Assembly (NCBI GenBank): GCA_036630325.1
Contig: CP142729.1
Location: 558,001-622,000 of the forward strand
Source of the DNA: Vairimorpha necatrix
Taxonomy: Eukaryota
Direction of reading: 5' to 3'
Length of the DNA: 64,000 nucleotides
Every line of letters starts with the position of its first letter. Position 1 is the first letter of the stretch. The position numbers were made by a program, and so were the translations under genes. Below the pieces are notes generated by a model, which worked only from the letters and a program-made list of their open reading frames with translations, had not been told where the DNA came from and searched no databases. Of the stretch, positions 1-11,339 are shown piece by piece.

Positions 1-716
1 TTTAAACGCATTTTTTTGTGTATTATCTTGATGGTTTTGTTTATATACTGATTTGTTTTTATCATAGAGAAGACATATTAAATCATTATATGCAAAATTT
101 TTTTTTTGCAAAGAGGATGGTTAATACAATAACAAACAAAATCTTTCTAAAATATATCAAGAATTTACAGTGAATTGTTTTTTCTATATGACTCAAAATT
201 AAGCTATATAATTTTGTGTATGTTTAATTTTTAATGTAGGTTCTGGCAATTTATAATAAGAAAACTATTCTAAGTAATACTATTATTTACAATAATAATA
301 ATAGATGTGCTATTTATTTCATACATTCACTACTTTAGAATACAAAAAATAACAATATTTTTATACACTCAAATTATTGCACATTAAAATAAATAAGTTC
401 ATAGATCAAAAATGAAGAATCGTATGAATATTTTACAGATAATACTATGATTGATATTTAATCCTTAAACATAAGCTTTACATATGGGTTAGTCAAATTT
501 ATACAATTGTATAAATTACAAAGCAAATATAAATAATGCAGTAAGTACGTACATATTGCTTGCTGGTAAATAAGTAAATAAGTCAAAATTAAGATTATTA
601 AATAAAAAAATATAATAAGTATTTATAAAATTCAATCGTCAATAATAATTACCATAAAATATGCCCTGTTAAATGTGAAGCTTATTATATCGCCAATACA
701 AATAAAATAGTAGTTT

Positions 717-1886
717 TCATGTATTATATAGATGATTTAACTTTTCGTAAGTTTTTATAACATGGGATGATCTTGATGATAATTTGATTAAATTTCTTTT
801 TATCGATCTTAAAATTACATCTAGCTTCTTATGCACAGCAATATCTAAATCTACACAAAAATTCAATACATAATTCATTTTTTTATATGTTTCGATTATT
901 GGTATATGAATAAATAAAGAAAATATTTCCATATTATAATTATGAATCTGAATTCTATACTCATTTGGTATCATATATGTTGGTGGTATATTTTTTTTCA
1001 TATCATAAATTGTCAATAACAATTCAAAAATTTTTATAAACTCCAATAATGTGTTTTGAATTATAGGAGGTACGCACAATATATTAATTTCAGACTTAAT
1101 TTTAGGCAATAGTTGGATATTTAAGTAATACAAATAATTTCGTTTTATTCTACCAATTTCTCTATAATAACAACTTGCCTGTATATCGCTATATGTATTT
1201 ATTATATCTTTTGTATTTTTTATTTTTTCTGGACTTAATTTATTTTTTATTTTTTCTTTATAGTTATTTATTTAAATTTCACATTCGGACAAAACATTCA
1301 TTAAATATGTAAAATCCAATGGTTGATTAGAAGTCGACTTTGGGTAAAAATTTTTAAATTCGACTCCAGTTTTTATTGTTTTAGACGCTCTCGTGCATGT
1401 ATTTAACAACTTATTAAACTTCGGTTTTTTGGTATTTATCTTAATATTCTGGTCATCATTATTACTAGTACACGCCAGTATTTCACCAGTCGAAAAATTT
1501 GAATTAATAAAACGAGAATTTGATCTGTTATTAGTTTCGTCAGATTCAGTATTTTGCTTGACAATGTTATTAAAATTTTCGGACACAGTTTCATCAACTA
1601 AAGAACTAAAATTATTGACGTCATCATTCAGATCAGAAACATTTATGTTAGTAATATAATTGCTAGAGCCTCTTGCGTTGCTATTAAAATTGGATGCAGG
1701 ATTTATGTTCATAGAAGTATTGTAATAAATATGTTTTTCAAGTTCCTCATATGGCTTAAATCCAAATGGATCTAGAGAATTGATAATAGATATGTAATTA
1801 TAATTTCTGATTTTGCGTTTTTCCATTCCTTCGTTTTTACTATGATTTGATTGGCTAGAAAATATAAAATCCAAGTTAAAGATCAT
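717..1886 (-). pseudogene. Hypothetical ~389-codon gene split by one in-frame TAA (1272-1274)
   Basis: ORFs 1272..1886 and 717..1133 share a frame, and the 46 codons between them (INNYKEKIKNKLSPEK...) are open. CCC motif upstream of ATG 1886. Confidence 0.55.
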
Positions 1887-3108
1887 ATTATGGGTTACTA
1901 ATCATATTATTAAAAACTTGCTTTTTAGTAAATTTCAGAAAAAAAATGTTTTTTACAAATCAGTAAGTTCAAAATTAGTTCTACAGCATATTATAACTAT
2001 TTAAGAATTGTATAATGTATTTATTTGCTTTAGTACTCTCAATTAATTGTAACAAATATCAGGTAGCGAAGAAACTTTCTTATTAGTTTTTTGATAATAC
2101 TTATTGAATTTATATTAATGGCATTCTTGCATTTTAATGATTATTATATATTCTGTTTTTATAAAAAATAGATTAAGACAAAAGTAATAAAATATTATAT
2201 TTAAACATAATTTATTAGTAATGTAGTCGAACTAGAAAATTTGAAGTCTAAGATAATTGTTATTGAGTTTAATCCTTTGTGAAATGTGTTTATTGCCTAG
2301 TCTACATGTACGAAAGCATTCTTTCGTAAAAATCGTCTATGAGTTCTTTTGGCATGAGTTTAAACTGTTATCAGTAAAATTATATATTAAATGTTAATTA
2401 AAGATTTAAATGTTCAAAAATTAAATTACTGTCATGTACTAGAAACTAATTTTTTGGTTAAAGTTATGATTTGAAAAAAAGAAATTTTGATTATATAAAT
2501 TGTTAAAAATCCTGAATAAATAAATTAAAAGATATGCTCATTGAAAAGCAACTAATTAGTATTTAATCTATAATCCAAAATAGATACTGGAAAATTATTA
2601 TTTTTCATAAAATAAATCTTCCAAAGGTCACACAAAACATACTATTTTTAAAATGCGCAAATATAATAGAACTTGAGTCCTAGATATTGTAGGTTTATTA
2701 ATAATCTTACTATAAAAAATAGGTTTTGTGAGCAAATACATGAAAAATCACACAAATAATGTCAGAAAAAAAAAGTACCGTGATTCATTTTTTCTTGAAA
2801 TTAATATAAAAAAGTATTATTGGAGAAATTCATCTGAAAACATCTGCTCACTCTAAATATACTATTAGAAAAAATTCTAAGTTGATACATATAGATTAGA
2901 ATGATAAAAAATTGCAAATAAATTAATTTCTTAAATGTCGCAAAAAGCAAACGAGAACAATATATGTTATAAAATTAACTTTGTTACAATATAATTGTGA
3001 GACTAATCATCTCAACTCACATTATAAGCAGACTGAGAACAATATAGATCAAACTTTTAAAACTGCCCAGATTTAAAGTCAATCTGTACATCTCTATGTA
3101 AATATGTC

Positions 3109-3181
3109 GGTGCCCTTAGCCAAGTGGTAGAAGGCAATGCTTACATTGAGCAATGGCTGGGTTCGATTCCCAGTGGCACCA
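3109..3181 (+). ncRNA. tRNA-like head (pseudo-tRNA) of the SINE-like element
   Basis: Acceptor GGTGCC/GGCACC, T-arm CTGGG-TTCGATT-CCCAG and D-arm GCC/GGC are present. The anticodon loop TACATTG lacks U33 and purine 37, so it is not a canonical tRNA. Confidence 0.7.
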
Positions 3182-3232
3182 AAATTGTTTCTACTTTCAA
3201 TGATGCAGTTGGAACAACTCAGATGATGAAAA

Positions 3233-3311
3233 TATCCACGATAATCATTAAGTTGATTCAATGAAACTTGTGTGTGCCCAGCCACAGGGGGATTATCGTC
3301 TAGTGTAGAAA
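3233..3311. repeat. 79-bp direct repeat, copy 1 (abuts left MULE TIR)
   Basis: Identical to 4973-5051 except G3287/A5027. Confidence 0.95.
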
Positions 3312-3385
3312 GGCAAGCCGATTTTTCGGCCTTAGGCCGAAAAATTGGTCTTTCGGCCTAAAAAAAATTATTTTAAAATACCCCA

Positions 3386-4786
3386 ATGGAAAATTTATCC
3401 CACGAAGAACTGTGTGAAGTTCGTTCCAAAAGAGGAGGAAGAAAGATATTATATGCAGGACATGCGTATAATTTCAGATATAACGGAAAAGAAAAAATAA
3501 TATGGTGATGTAGATCAGAAAACTGCACTTCAAAACTTCATACAAATTTAGATTGTAGTTTTTTAAGCGTTACCCCCCCCCCACAACCACGAGCCAGACT
3601 TCGACAAAAATAAATTCGAATATTCCTACGGTCAAATATTAAAACGGGCAGAGAAAAATGCCGAGGCGTCAAGAATTATAATTTTTGACGCGTTGAAAGA
3701 ATATTCTAATGAAGCTTTAAAAAAAACACCTGATATCTTTAGTATTAGGGATAGAATTAAGAGAATGCGAAACGGGAGGCATAGTTACTCAACTCCCGAT
3801 AAAACTTATATCCCAAATTCAATTAAATATTTGCCTACAGGCGAATTATTTGTGCAATTTGATTCTGGGATAGAAGATAAGGAAAGAGTAGTGAATCTTT
3901 GCACGCTAGAAAATTTAATTCACCTTGAGAATACTAAAACTATTTTAATGGATGGTACTTTCAAGTTTGCTCCATCTAATTTCAAGCAACTCTATACTCT
4001 AGTCGCGTATATCAATACTAAGTACATTCCTTTGGTATTTATACTAATGTTAAAAAAAAATGAGGCATCATATAAGAAAATATGTGATTTTATAGTGGAA
4101 AAAGCACCAAATTTTAACCCTAAATGTTTTAATTTAGATTTCGAATTAGCACCAAGAAAAGCTTTCAAAACAGCTTTTCCTGCCGCAGTTTTCTATGGGT
4201 GCAATTTTCATTTTTCCCAGATTATTTATAGGAAAGTGCAAGAGTTGAAAATGAGCACGTTGTATCAAAATGATATCGAATTTAAAATGAATATAAAAAG
4301 GATTTTAGCGTTAAGTTTTGTTAAACCTATTGAGGTTCTAAATTTTTTTTGTCTGATTAAGAAAAGCTTATGTCAAGGAGTGATAGAAAGAGATATGAAA
4401 CAATTTTAAAATTTGTATTTAAAAATTATATTGACATTGACGCAGAAGAGATTTTATTTTGGAATGTTTATAAACGAGTATTAAATAAGTTACCAAGAAC
4501 TACGAATAGTTTAGAAGGATTTCATATATCGCTTGATAATCTTTTTACTGTAGCAAATCCAGATTTGGGTGTTTTTGGAGAAAGGTTACATGAGGAGCAT
4601 TTGAAAAGCAGGCAAAAAATTCTACGCGCTTATTACAAGTCCTTTAAAGTAAATGAAAAGTGTAAAAAATATATACAAGAAAAATATATATATGATATTG
4701 TATCCAATTTTGAAACCATAGACGCGCTTGATTATTTATTTCAAATTTCATCTACTCTTGAATACCCTTTTACATTATTAAATTAA
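3386..4786 (+). pseudogene. FLYWCH + MULE DDE transposase, disrupted
   Basis: ATG 3386 follows CCCC. N-terminal FLYWCH-like segment (SKRGGRKILYAGHAY...W*C...C...HNH) has a stop and a frameshift at a poly-C run. Motifs MDGTF, LDFE, GCNFH and TTNSLEGFH. Second frameshift near 4370. Confidence 0.85.
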
Positions 4787-4810
4787 TATTAGTTATTTGG
4801 TTTAGTTTTA

Positions 4811-4924
4811 TTGTTTTTTTATATTATTTATTTTTTTTTTATTATTTTTTATTTATTTTTTATTTATTTTTTTTATTTATTTTTTTTATTTATTTTTTAT
4901 TTATTTTTTTTATTTATTTTTTTT
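4811..4924. repeat. T-rich microsatellite (TTTATTTATTTTTT)n inside the MULE 3' region
   Basis: Visible ~12-bp periodic T/A repeat. Confidence 0.85.
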
Positions 4925-4972
4925 AGGCCGAAAGATCGATTTTTCGGCCTAAGGCCGAAAAATCGGTCAGCC

Positions 4973-5051
4973 TATCCACGATAATCATTAAGTTGATTCA
5001 ATGAAACTTGTGTGTGCCCAGCCACAAGGGGATTATCGTCTAGTGTAGAAA
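4973..5051. repeat. 79-bp direct repeat, copy 2 (abuts right MULE TIR)
   Basis: Identical to 3233-3311 except one base. Confidence 0.95.
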
Positions 5052-8000
5052 TGCAACTCAAAGCCAAAAACAGTATCGACCTTTGGTGACTTAATGATAC
5101 ATGAAAGTATTTAATGGGTACGACCTAGTTGGAGCTTATGTCTGGTGCACTCTAGGGTTAAGATCCTAGAGCTAACTAAGAGACTAGACGAAGTAGGGCA
5201 ATAGAAGGTCCAGTGGGCCCTATCCTACAAGATTCTTACCTGCTGGCCGAAACCAGTGGGAGACTGGTTGTCAATGCAGTCCAATAAAAATGCCAGGCTT
5301 GTGATGTGGTCGTGTAAGGAGCCGTGTGTGCAACACAGATGATTGTAGGGACCTTTGAGTCAGTAAGATGATGTATCTCATCGGATTATAGATAACCATG
5401 CCCGTTAAGTATATCCGCTGTGAGGTCACTCTGGACGCGATTTGAAGTATAAATGGAAAGTGTTCTCCTTGAGCCAAAGTCCAATGGATACGGCGGAGCT
5501 TGCTGCACCGGCAAGTTGTATGGATAGAGTTTTAGTGAGTAAGAATCTCACAGTACCAGTTGGATGAGGATCACACCCCAATCCCTCTGGTCTATGTAAG
5601 GTTTCTCCCTACCTCTTACTTGCAAAAAAAAAAAGTAAAAATGTCGTTTTTGTGCTGTTGTTTTCAAATCGTCTCTTAAAATTTAGATTATACTTCAATT
5701 TCATTTGGAGTCCGTATCACACTTCCTGTACATTTTTGCGCATTATATTTGTTGCCTATGCATTTTGGATAATGACAATACCAAATTAGTTGTTTTTAAT
5801 TATTTATATGGCGAATATACAAAATTCGTGACTCATCTACTATATCAATAGAATTACATGAAATGAAGGTGTTCATTTAGGTATTATTTAATTTATATGC
5901 TAGTTGAGCAGCTTAAAATAGTGCGGAAGATAACTTTTTGTTTTAAACCAATTTTTATCAAATTTCACTGAGTATGCTTTTCATAGCCAAAAAATACAAT
6001 TATAAAATGCGTGCGAAGTAAACAATGCAATTGAAACTTTAGAATAAAAATCAATAGTTCAATGTATACAATATGTCTTGTATTATGATAGTCTAATATT
6101 AATGTTTATATTTTGTAAGGCGTTATAAAAATTCGATATAGGTTTGCACATACTACAAAAAGATTAAGAACCAGTGGAAATAATTATACAAAAAATGCAT
6201 GTAATATGTGATCACAAATAAAATCATCAACACAAGGTCTTTATCTTTTAACACCAATAATTTTTTATATAAAGTCGTATATGATGATTTAAGTTGTCGC
6301 CTAAACAGAGCTATTCGTAGATCTTTTACTTGGCATATACCGAATCTAAAAAAGCGTTCTGTTTTTTTTTTTCAGATGCATTTTTGTCGGACTACTTCAT
6401 TTTACCTCAATAAATTTTATTTTTGCAAAATTTTCATATAAATACATATATCTAAGCATTATTAGGTTCTAGCATAATATATAAGTTGTATGTGTTTATA
6501 CCTAATTCCAAAAATGAGAAAAAATTACGCACGTGATAATTTTTAGTTTTGCTTTATATTCATAATTGCCCAATACTTAAGACACATATCATATGAGCTC
6601 CTAATGACGATTGGGGGGTTTTATCATGCTAAATATTGCGAAGTTTCTCCAAATTGCTATACTTATCCTTAGCGGATTTACATATGTAGAATAAGTTATG
6701 AATTGTAAAATGAACTTTTCTTTATGTTTTTTTAAATATATAATGTTTACAATAAAATATCTTGTTTTTTATAAGCAAACTGAGAGATGAATAATCATAA
6801 ATCTATACAAAAAATATAAATATTTTCCGTTTTAACTTACCTTAAAAAAACAATACATAGATCAGAACGATTTATCTCCATTAAATCACATCAAGTAATC
6901 GTTAGATATACTTTACTCCACAATGATTAATTTTCCGGCGAAATATCAATGTATATCATGATAAAATTGGATTATAAATGAATCATAAAAGATTTTATAG
7001 GGCGCGCAAACAAAATATTTGTGTAGAACCTTAGACATATTGAAAAAATATTATTTAAAAAGTTTATGAATAGGCGTTTCATAGCTTCAACATCGAATTA
7101 GTAAAAACAACAATTAAGCTCGAATATACAAATCAAAATCGCTAAAAAAAAATTGTGAATATTACAATTTATGAATTTTAAGGAGCATATTTTTTAAAAA
7201 TTGTTCTTTTAGTTAATTTTATAATTTTTGCATGATGATTTTTTGTTAAATAACACTCCTCCGCCAAAAATATCACGGACAAACTATAGATTAACCGGGT
7301 TGTTATTCCTAGAACTAGTAAGCCTTTAAACCCGTCTGGTTCATTGGACAAATGTTGCAAGATGGTATGAATATTGTGAATTCCAACGAAGTTCTGAATT
7401 TCCCCACATATAAAACTCGGAAATTCGTTGTTCCAATGTTATAATATATGAGATTAATGGGATTATATATTAGTTTAAAAAATTTTATCCATATAAATAC
7501 AGACTTAATCTTTTCATAATAAAAGAACATTTATTACAACAGAATTCATTCTGTTAAGATTGTAAAATTACGAATCAGACAACACAAAAAAAGTAAAACG
7601 CGTAAAAAACAATTGTTGACATATTAATTTTTTCATTATGACTATATCTATAATTATTAGCTTTTTTTATTATGTAATAGAAGACACTATCATTAGATAT
7701 AAAGACATTGGGCCATACCGTTCCGACTAATATTCTTTTTTATGTGGTAGTTAGTCTTACCATTATTCCTAGTCGCCCAACTTATTAAAAGTATATCTTT
7801 CAGGTCGTTTAAAGATGTTTTTGATAAAAATAATTTTTTGTCATTAAACATTGTTTACTGATTATAATTTGAAGTATTATTCAAGATACTTACGCTAAAA
7901 TAAATCTCTTAAGTCTTGTGATTTTGAATTTAAGTAGTGCTATTTTTTTCTTATATTAACATATTCAGTTAATATAATTAGTAATAAATTGATATATTAC

Positions 8001-8264
8001 TTATCTTTAAATATTTGAGATTATCTTCGATCACAGAGTCAAGCTGGACCAAGGTGGTTTTTTTCTGCATACAGGTCAGATTTATATAGAAAGTTTTTTC
8101 GACCCAGTTTGCAGAGTATAATATCAAATTTATCTCCTATTACAACACAATGATGTTGTATTAAGTCTATAAGATCAGAGAATATGACGAATTCTCGTAT
8201 AACTTTGATATGGTATATGACATATATTTTTTACAAATAATTAAAAATAAATTTTTTAGAATTT

Positions 8265-8651
8265 TTAATTTTTTATTAGTTTCTTCCCTATACATATTAT
8301 AATTATTATTAATATTATTATCATCATTTTCCCTTTTTTTATTTTCTTCTTTACATTTATATCTTCATTTCTCACTATTTCTATATCTTTCCTTATTTGG
8401 TTTAATAAGTTTATACACTTAGTACACTCTTCCAGTCCCATTTTCTCGTTTTCTTTTTTCATGCTGTTTATTTTCATGCTAATATTTTTTAATATTTCTG
8501 ATATATTTTTGTTCTCTTTTTTTATTTCTTCTTTTATAAGTGACTGTGATAGATTTATTTCTGACAAGATCGAGTCTTCGTCTGTTGAATATTCTGTGTA
8601 TTTGTACAAGACTTCCTTAAGTTCCTCTAAGGTGACGTCTTGGAATTCCAT
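8265..8651 (-). CDS. Small coiled-coil, tail-anchored membrane protein (possibly SNARE-like)
   Basis: 128-aa ORF with a charged helical body and C-terminal hydrophobic MMIIILIIIIICIG. CCC upstream of the ATG. Confidence 0.6.
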   Translation of the reverse strand: MEFQDVTLEELKEVLYKYTEYSTDEDSILSEINLSQSLIKEEIKKENKNISEILKNISMKINSMKKENEKMGLEECTKCINLLNQIRKDIEIVRNEDINVKKKIKKGKMMIIILIIIIICIGKKLIKN

Positions 8652-8961
8652 AAGAAAAAGGGTTTGAAAAAATAATAAAGCATAATTATGTACACCCGAA
8701 CTATACTATTATGCAAATATAAAAAATTTTATATAGTACTAAAAAGACTAATTATAATAAGATAATTAAATAATTATGCAAAACGCATTAAAATAAAATA
8801 TTATTAAAAAAACATATAAGTAATTCCACGCAGAATAACTAAAAATCTTATGCAAAAAAAACAAAAATATAATACATAAATCTTACACAAATATAACTAA
8901 AAATCTTATGCCAAAATATTATAATGCAAATATTACATTTTTTTTTTAAACCATTATTCAT

Positions 8962-10272
8962 TTATTTTGACTCTCCTGATATTTTATCATAATCATCTTC
9001 TAACATTGCCAAATCTTCTCTCGCTTCACTAAATTCGCCTTCTTCCATTCCTTCTCCCACATACCAGTGTACAAAGGCCCTTTTCGCATACATAAGATCA
9101 AATTTCTGATTGAGTCTCTTCCATGCCTCAGAGATGGCTGTCGTGTTACTCAAAGCGCAGACTGCCCTTGACACTGCCGCCATGGCTTGGCCCTCCAAGA
9201 TTGTGGGAGTTCTACTATTTATTCCCATTTTAAATCCAGTAGGACACCACTCGACGAATTTTATAGAATTCTTCGCTTTTATATTAGTAATAGCTTTATT
9301 TGCCTCTTGTGAGCTCACATCTCCTCTAAATAATAAGCAACATGCCATATATTTCCCTTGTTTCGTGTCGCATTTTACCATCTGGTTTTTTGGCTCAAAA
9401 CACGCATTCGTAATTTCCTGTACACTCAATTTTTCATGAGATGCCTTGATTTTAGAGACCATTGGTGAATAAGCGACTAAAGGGAAATGAATCCTAGGGT
9501 AAGGGACGAGATTAGTCTGAAATTCAGTCAAATCGACATTTAAAGATCCTTTAAATCTTAAAGAAGCAGTAATAGAAGAGACTACTTGTGCTATGACCCT
9601 ATTTATATCAGAATAATGAGGTCTATCAATACCAAGATTTTTACACATGTCGTAAATGGCTTCATTGTCCACTAAAAATGAACAATCAGAATGTTCAAGT
9701 GTCGTGTGTGTAGTCAAGACACTATTGTAAGGTTCTACTACTGCTGTAGAAATAGCAGGAGCAGGATAAATCGAAAATTCCAATTTACTCTTTTTACCAA
9801 ATTCAGCATCAAGTCTGTCCATAAGAAGAGAACCAAAACCAGACCCAGTTCCTCCTCCAAAACTATGGAAAATGAAAAATCCTTGTAATCCATCACAATT
9901 ATCTACCATTCTCCTTATTTGTTCCATTACTGGCTCAATTATCTCTTTTCCTACTGTGTAATGTCCTCTGGCGTAATTATTTGCTGCGTCTTCTTTCCCG
10001 TGGATGAGCTGAGCGGGATGGAATAAATTTCGATAATTAGAAGATTTTATAGAGTCAATAACTCCGGGCTCCAAGTCGACCATGAGAGTCCTGGGGACGA
10101 AAGTACCTGCAGAAGTCTGAGAGAAGAAAGATTGAGATCCTTCATCTTCTATACCTGAATCATCCAGACTACCATCTGGTAATATTCCATGTTCTTTACA
10201 ATAAAGTTCCCAACAAGCATTTCCTATTTGGACACCAGCCTGGCCAATGTGTAAAGAAATAATTTCCCTCAT
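8962..10272 (-). CDS. TUB1: Alpha-tubulin
   Basis: [48 protein letters not shown]. Confidence 0.99.
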   Translation of the reverse strand: MREIISLHIGQAGVQIGNACWELYCKEHGILPDGSLDDSGIEDEGSQSFFSQTSAGTFVPRTLMVDLEPGVIDSIKSSNYRNLFHPAQLIHGKEDAANNYARGHYTVGKEIIEPVMEQIRRMVDNCDGLQGFFIFHSFGGGTGSGFGSLLMDRLDAEFGKKSKLEFSIYPAPAISTAVVEPYNSVLTTHTTLEHSDCSFLVDNEAIYDMCKNLGIDRPHYSDINRVIAQVVSSITASLRFKGSLNVDLTEFQTNLVPYPRIHFPLVAYSPMVSKIKASHEKLSVQEITNACFEPKNQMVKCDTKQGKYMACCLLFRGDVSSQEANKAITNIKAKNSIKFVEWCPTGFKMGINSRTPTILEGQAMAAVSRAVCALSNTTAISEAWKRLNQKFDLMYAKRAFVHWYVGEGMEEGEFSEAREDLAMLEDDYDKISGESK

Positions 10273-10440
10273 ATTTTAAGGGTATAAAAAAAAACAAAAA
10301 TAAAATAAAATAAAAACTTAAATTATATAATTATATTATAAATTATAATTTGAATTATAATTTAAATTATATATAATTGTATTATGAATTATTTTGTAAA
10401 TTATATATATTTATATATATGTATTTTATAATTTTTATAC

Positions 10441-10512
10441 GGGGAATTAGCTCAGTGGTAGAGCGTTTGCTTAGCAAGTAAGAGGTCATGGGTTCGATCC
10501 CCATATTCTCCA
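10441..10512 (+). tRNA. tRNA-Ala(AGC)
   Basis: Full cloverleaf GGGGAAT...ATTCTCC-A, anticodon loop TTAGCAA, GGTTCGATCC. Confidence 0.95.
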
Positions 10513-10606
10513 GATATTTTATTCAAAATTGACATAGATGTTTATATAACTAATATTATTATATGGTAAATAAAGGTAAAACGGGACAAGAAAACATTTT
10601 ATTACT

Positions 10607-10999
10607 TTATAAATGTTTATTATCTTCATATCTCTTATTTAATATCTTATATGTCGTCTCTATACACCCACAGAAATCTACTTTATTATCCATCTCTTTA
10701 TACATTTTTACATCTTCTTTTAATCTTTCTATATCATTTCTAAGCTGAGTCTCTACATATCCAAAATCTACTTTACTGGGAATATTAGTCAAGATATTGA
10801 AATTATTATTCAACTTGTTCAAATTTCTCTCTAAAGAAGAAGTCTGGAGATTGACAATCTGAGTGTAAAGATCAGTGAATGAAGGAATAGGAAGTTTGTC
10901 TGAAGAAATGTAGACTTGATTGGATAATCTGTGGATATTGATAAGTTTCTGTTTGATATTTTGTGGGAGATCAACGAATCTTGTGTCTTTCTTGAGCAT
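10607..10999 (-). CDS. Hypothetical coiled-coil protein, possibly a reduced Nup49/Nup58-like nucleoporin
   Basis: CCC directly before the ATG. N-terminal TRFVDLPQNIKQKLINI resembles the start of the Nup49/Nup58 coiled coil (recalled, not searched). Confidence 0.45.
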   Translation of the reverse strand: MLKKDTRFVDLPQNIKQKLINIHRLSNQVYISSDKLPIPSFTDLYTQIVNLQTSSLERNLNKLNNNFNILTNIPSKVDFGYVETQLRNDIERLKEDVKMYKEMDNKVDFCGCIETTYKILNKRYEDNKHL

Positions 11000-11339
11000 G
11001 GGCTTAAAAAAACATCTGAGATTTAATGTCTAAAAATGTATTTTAAAACGCAAAAAAATATTGCGCTTTGACTTACATTTACTTTACATGCGAGTTAAAT
11101 CACTTTTATACTTAAACTATACGGTTAATATTTATTATTTACATGCGCTTAACTTTACTGTAAGAATAAAATTGTGCACAAAATAAAATTAGAAACAATA
11201 TAAACATATTTTTCACCTCTTTATAGAATATTACTAGGCACTTTATACAATGATTTATATCCATTTGGACTGTGTTTCATTTTTTTGAAACTTCGTTTTA
11301 AAATTTTTTATTTATTAACCTCTTTGTACATTTTTATAA

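Larger units (their letters stand above)
3312..4972 (+). mobile_element. Mutator-like (MULE) DNA transposon with ~55-bp TIRs
   Basis: Left TIR GGCAAGCCGATTTTTCGGCCTTAGGCCGAAAAATTGGTCTTTCGGCCTAAAA matches the reverse complement of 4921-4972. Internal MULE transposase. Confidence 0.9.
3109..5634 (+). mobile_element. tRNA-derived SINE-like element (~790 nt once the nested MULE and one duplicate copy are removed)
   Basis: tRNA-like head 3109-3181 with A-box TAGCCAAGTGG (3117-3127) and B-box GGTTCGATTCC (3160-3170). GC-richer, hairpin-rich body; A11 tail 5624-5634. Flanking direct repeat GTAAATATGTC (3098-3108) / GTAAAAATGTC (5635-5645). Confidence 0.75.

Noticed and set aside
3109-3181. Functional tRNA-Met(CAT)
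   Set aside because: The anticodon loop lacks U33/R37, the acceptor stem has a mismatch and an extra base, and no terminator follows. It is better explained as a SINE head.
3233-5051. 79-bp repeats as LTRs or a CRISPR-like array
   Set aside because: There are only two copies, with no TG..CA/PBS/PPT or spacers, and the enclosed element has TIRs and a MULE transposase.
5150-5300. Hammerhead ribozyme, U1 snRNA or telomerase template in the SINE body
   Set aside because: No CTGANGA core paired with GAAA, CTTACCTG is internal without other U1 features, and no clear telomere template was seen. A covariance-model search is still needed.
6208-7530. Short ORFs in the 6-7.5 kb tract
   Set aside because: No motifs or CCC start signals; probably unassignable decayed sequence.
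9110-9888. Antisense ORFs within tubulin, and similar ones in CCT8, MTR4, SMC1, SRP54, myosin, TOP3 and gag-pol
   Set aside because: These are shadow ORFs on the opposite strand of well-supported genes, with no recognisable motifs.
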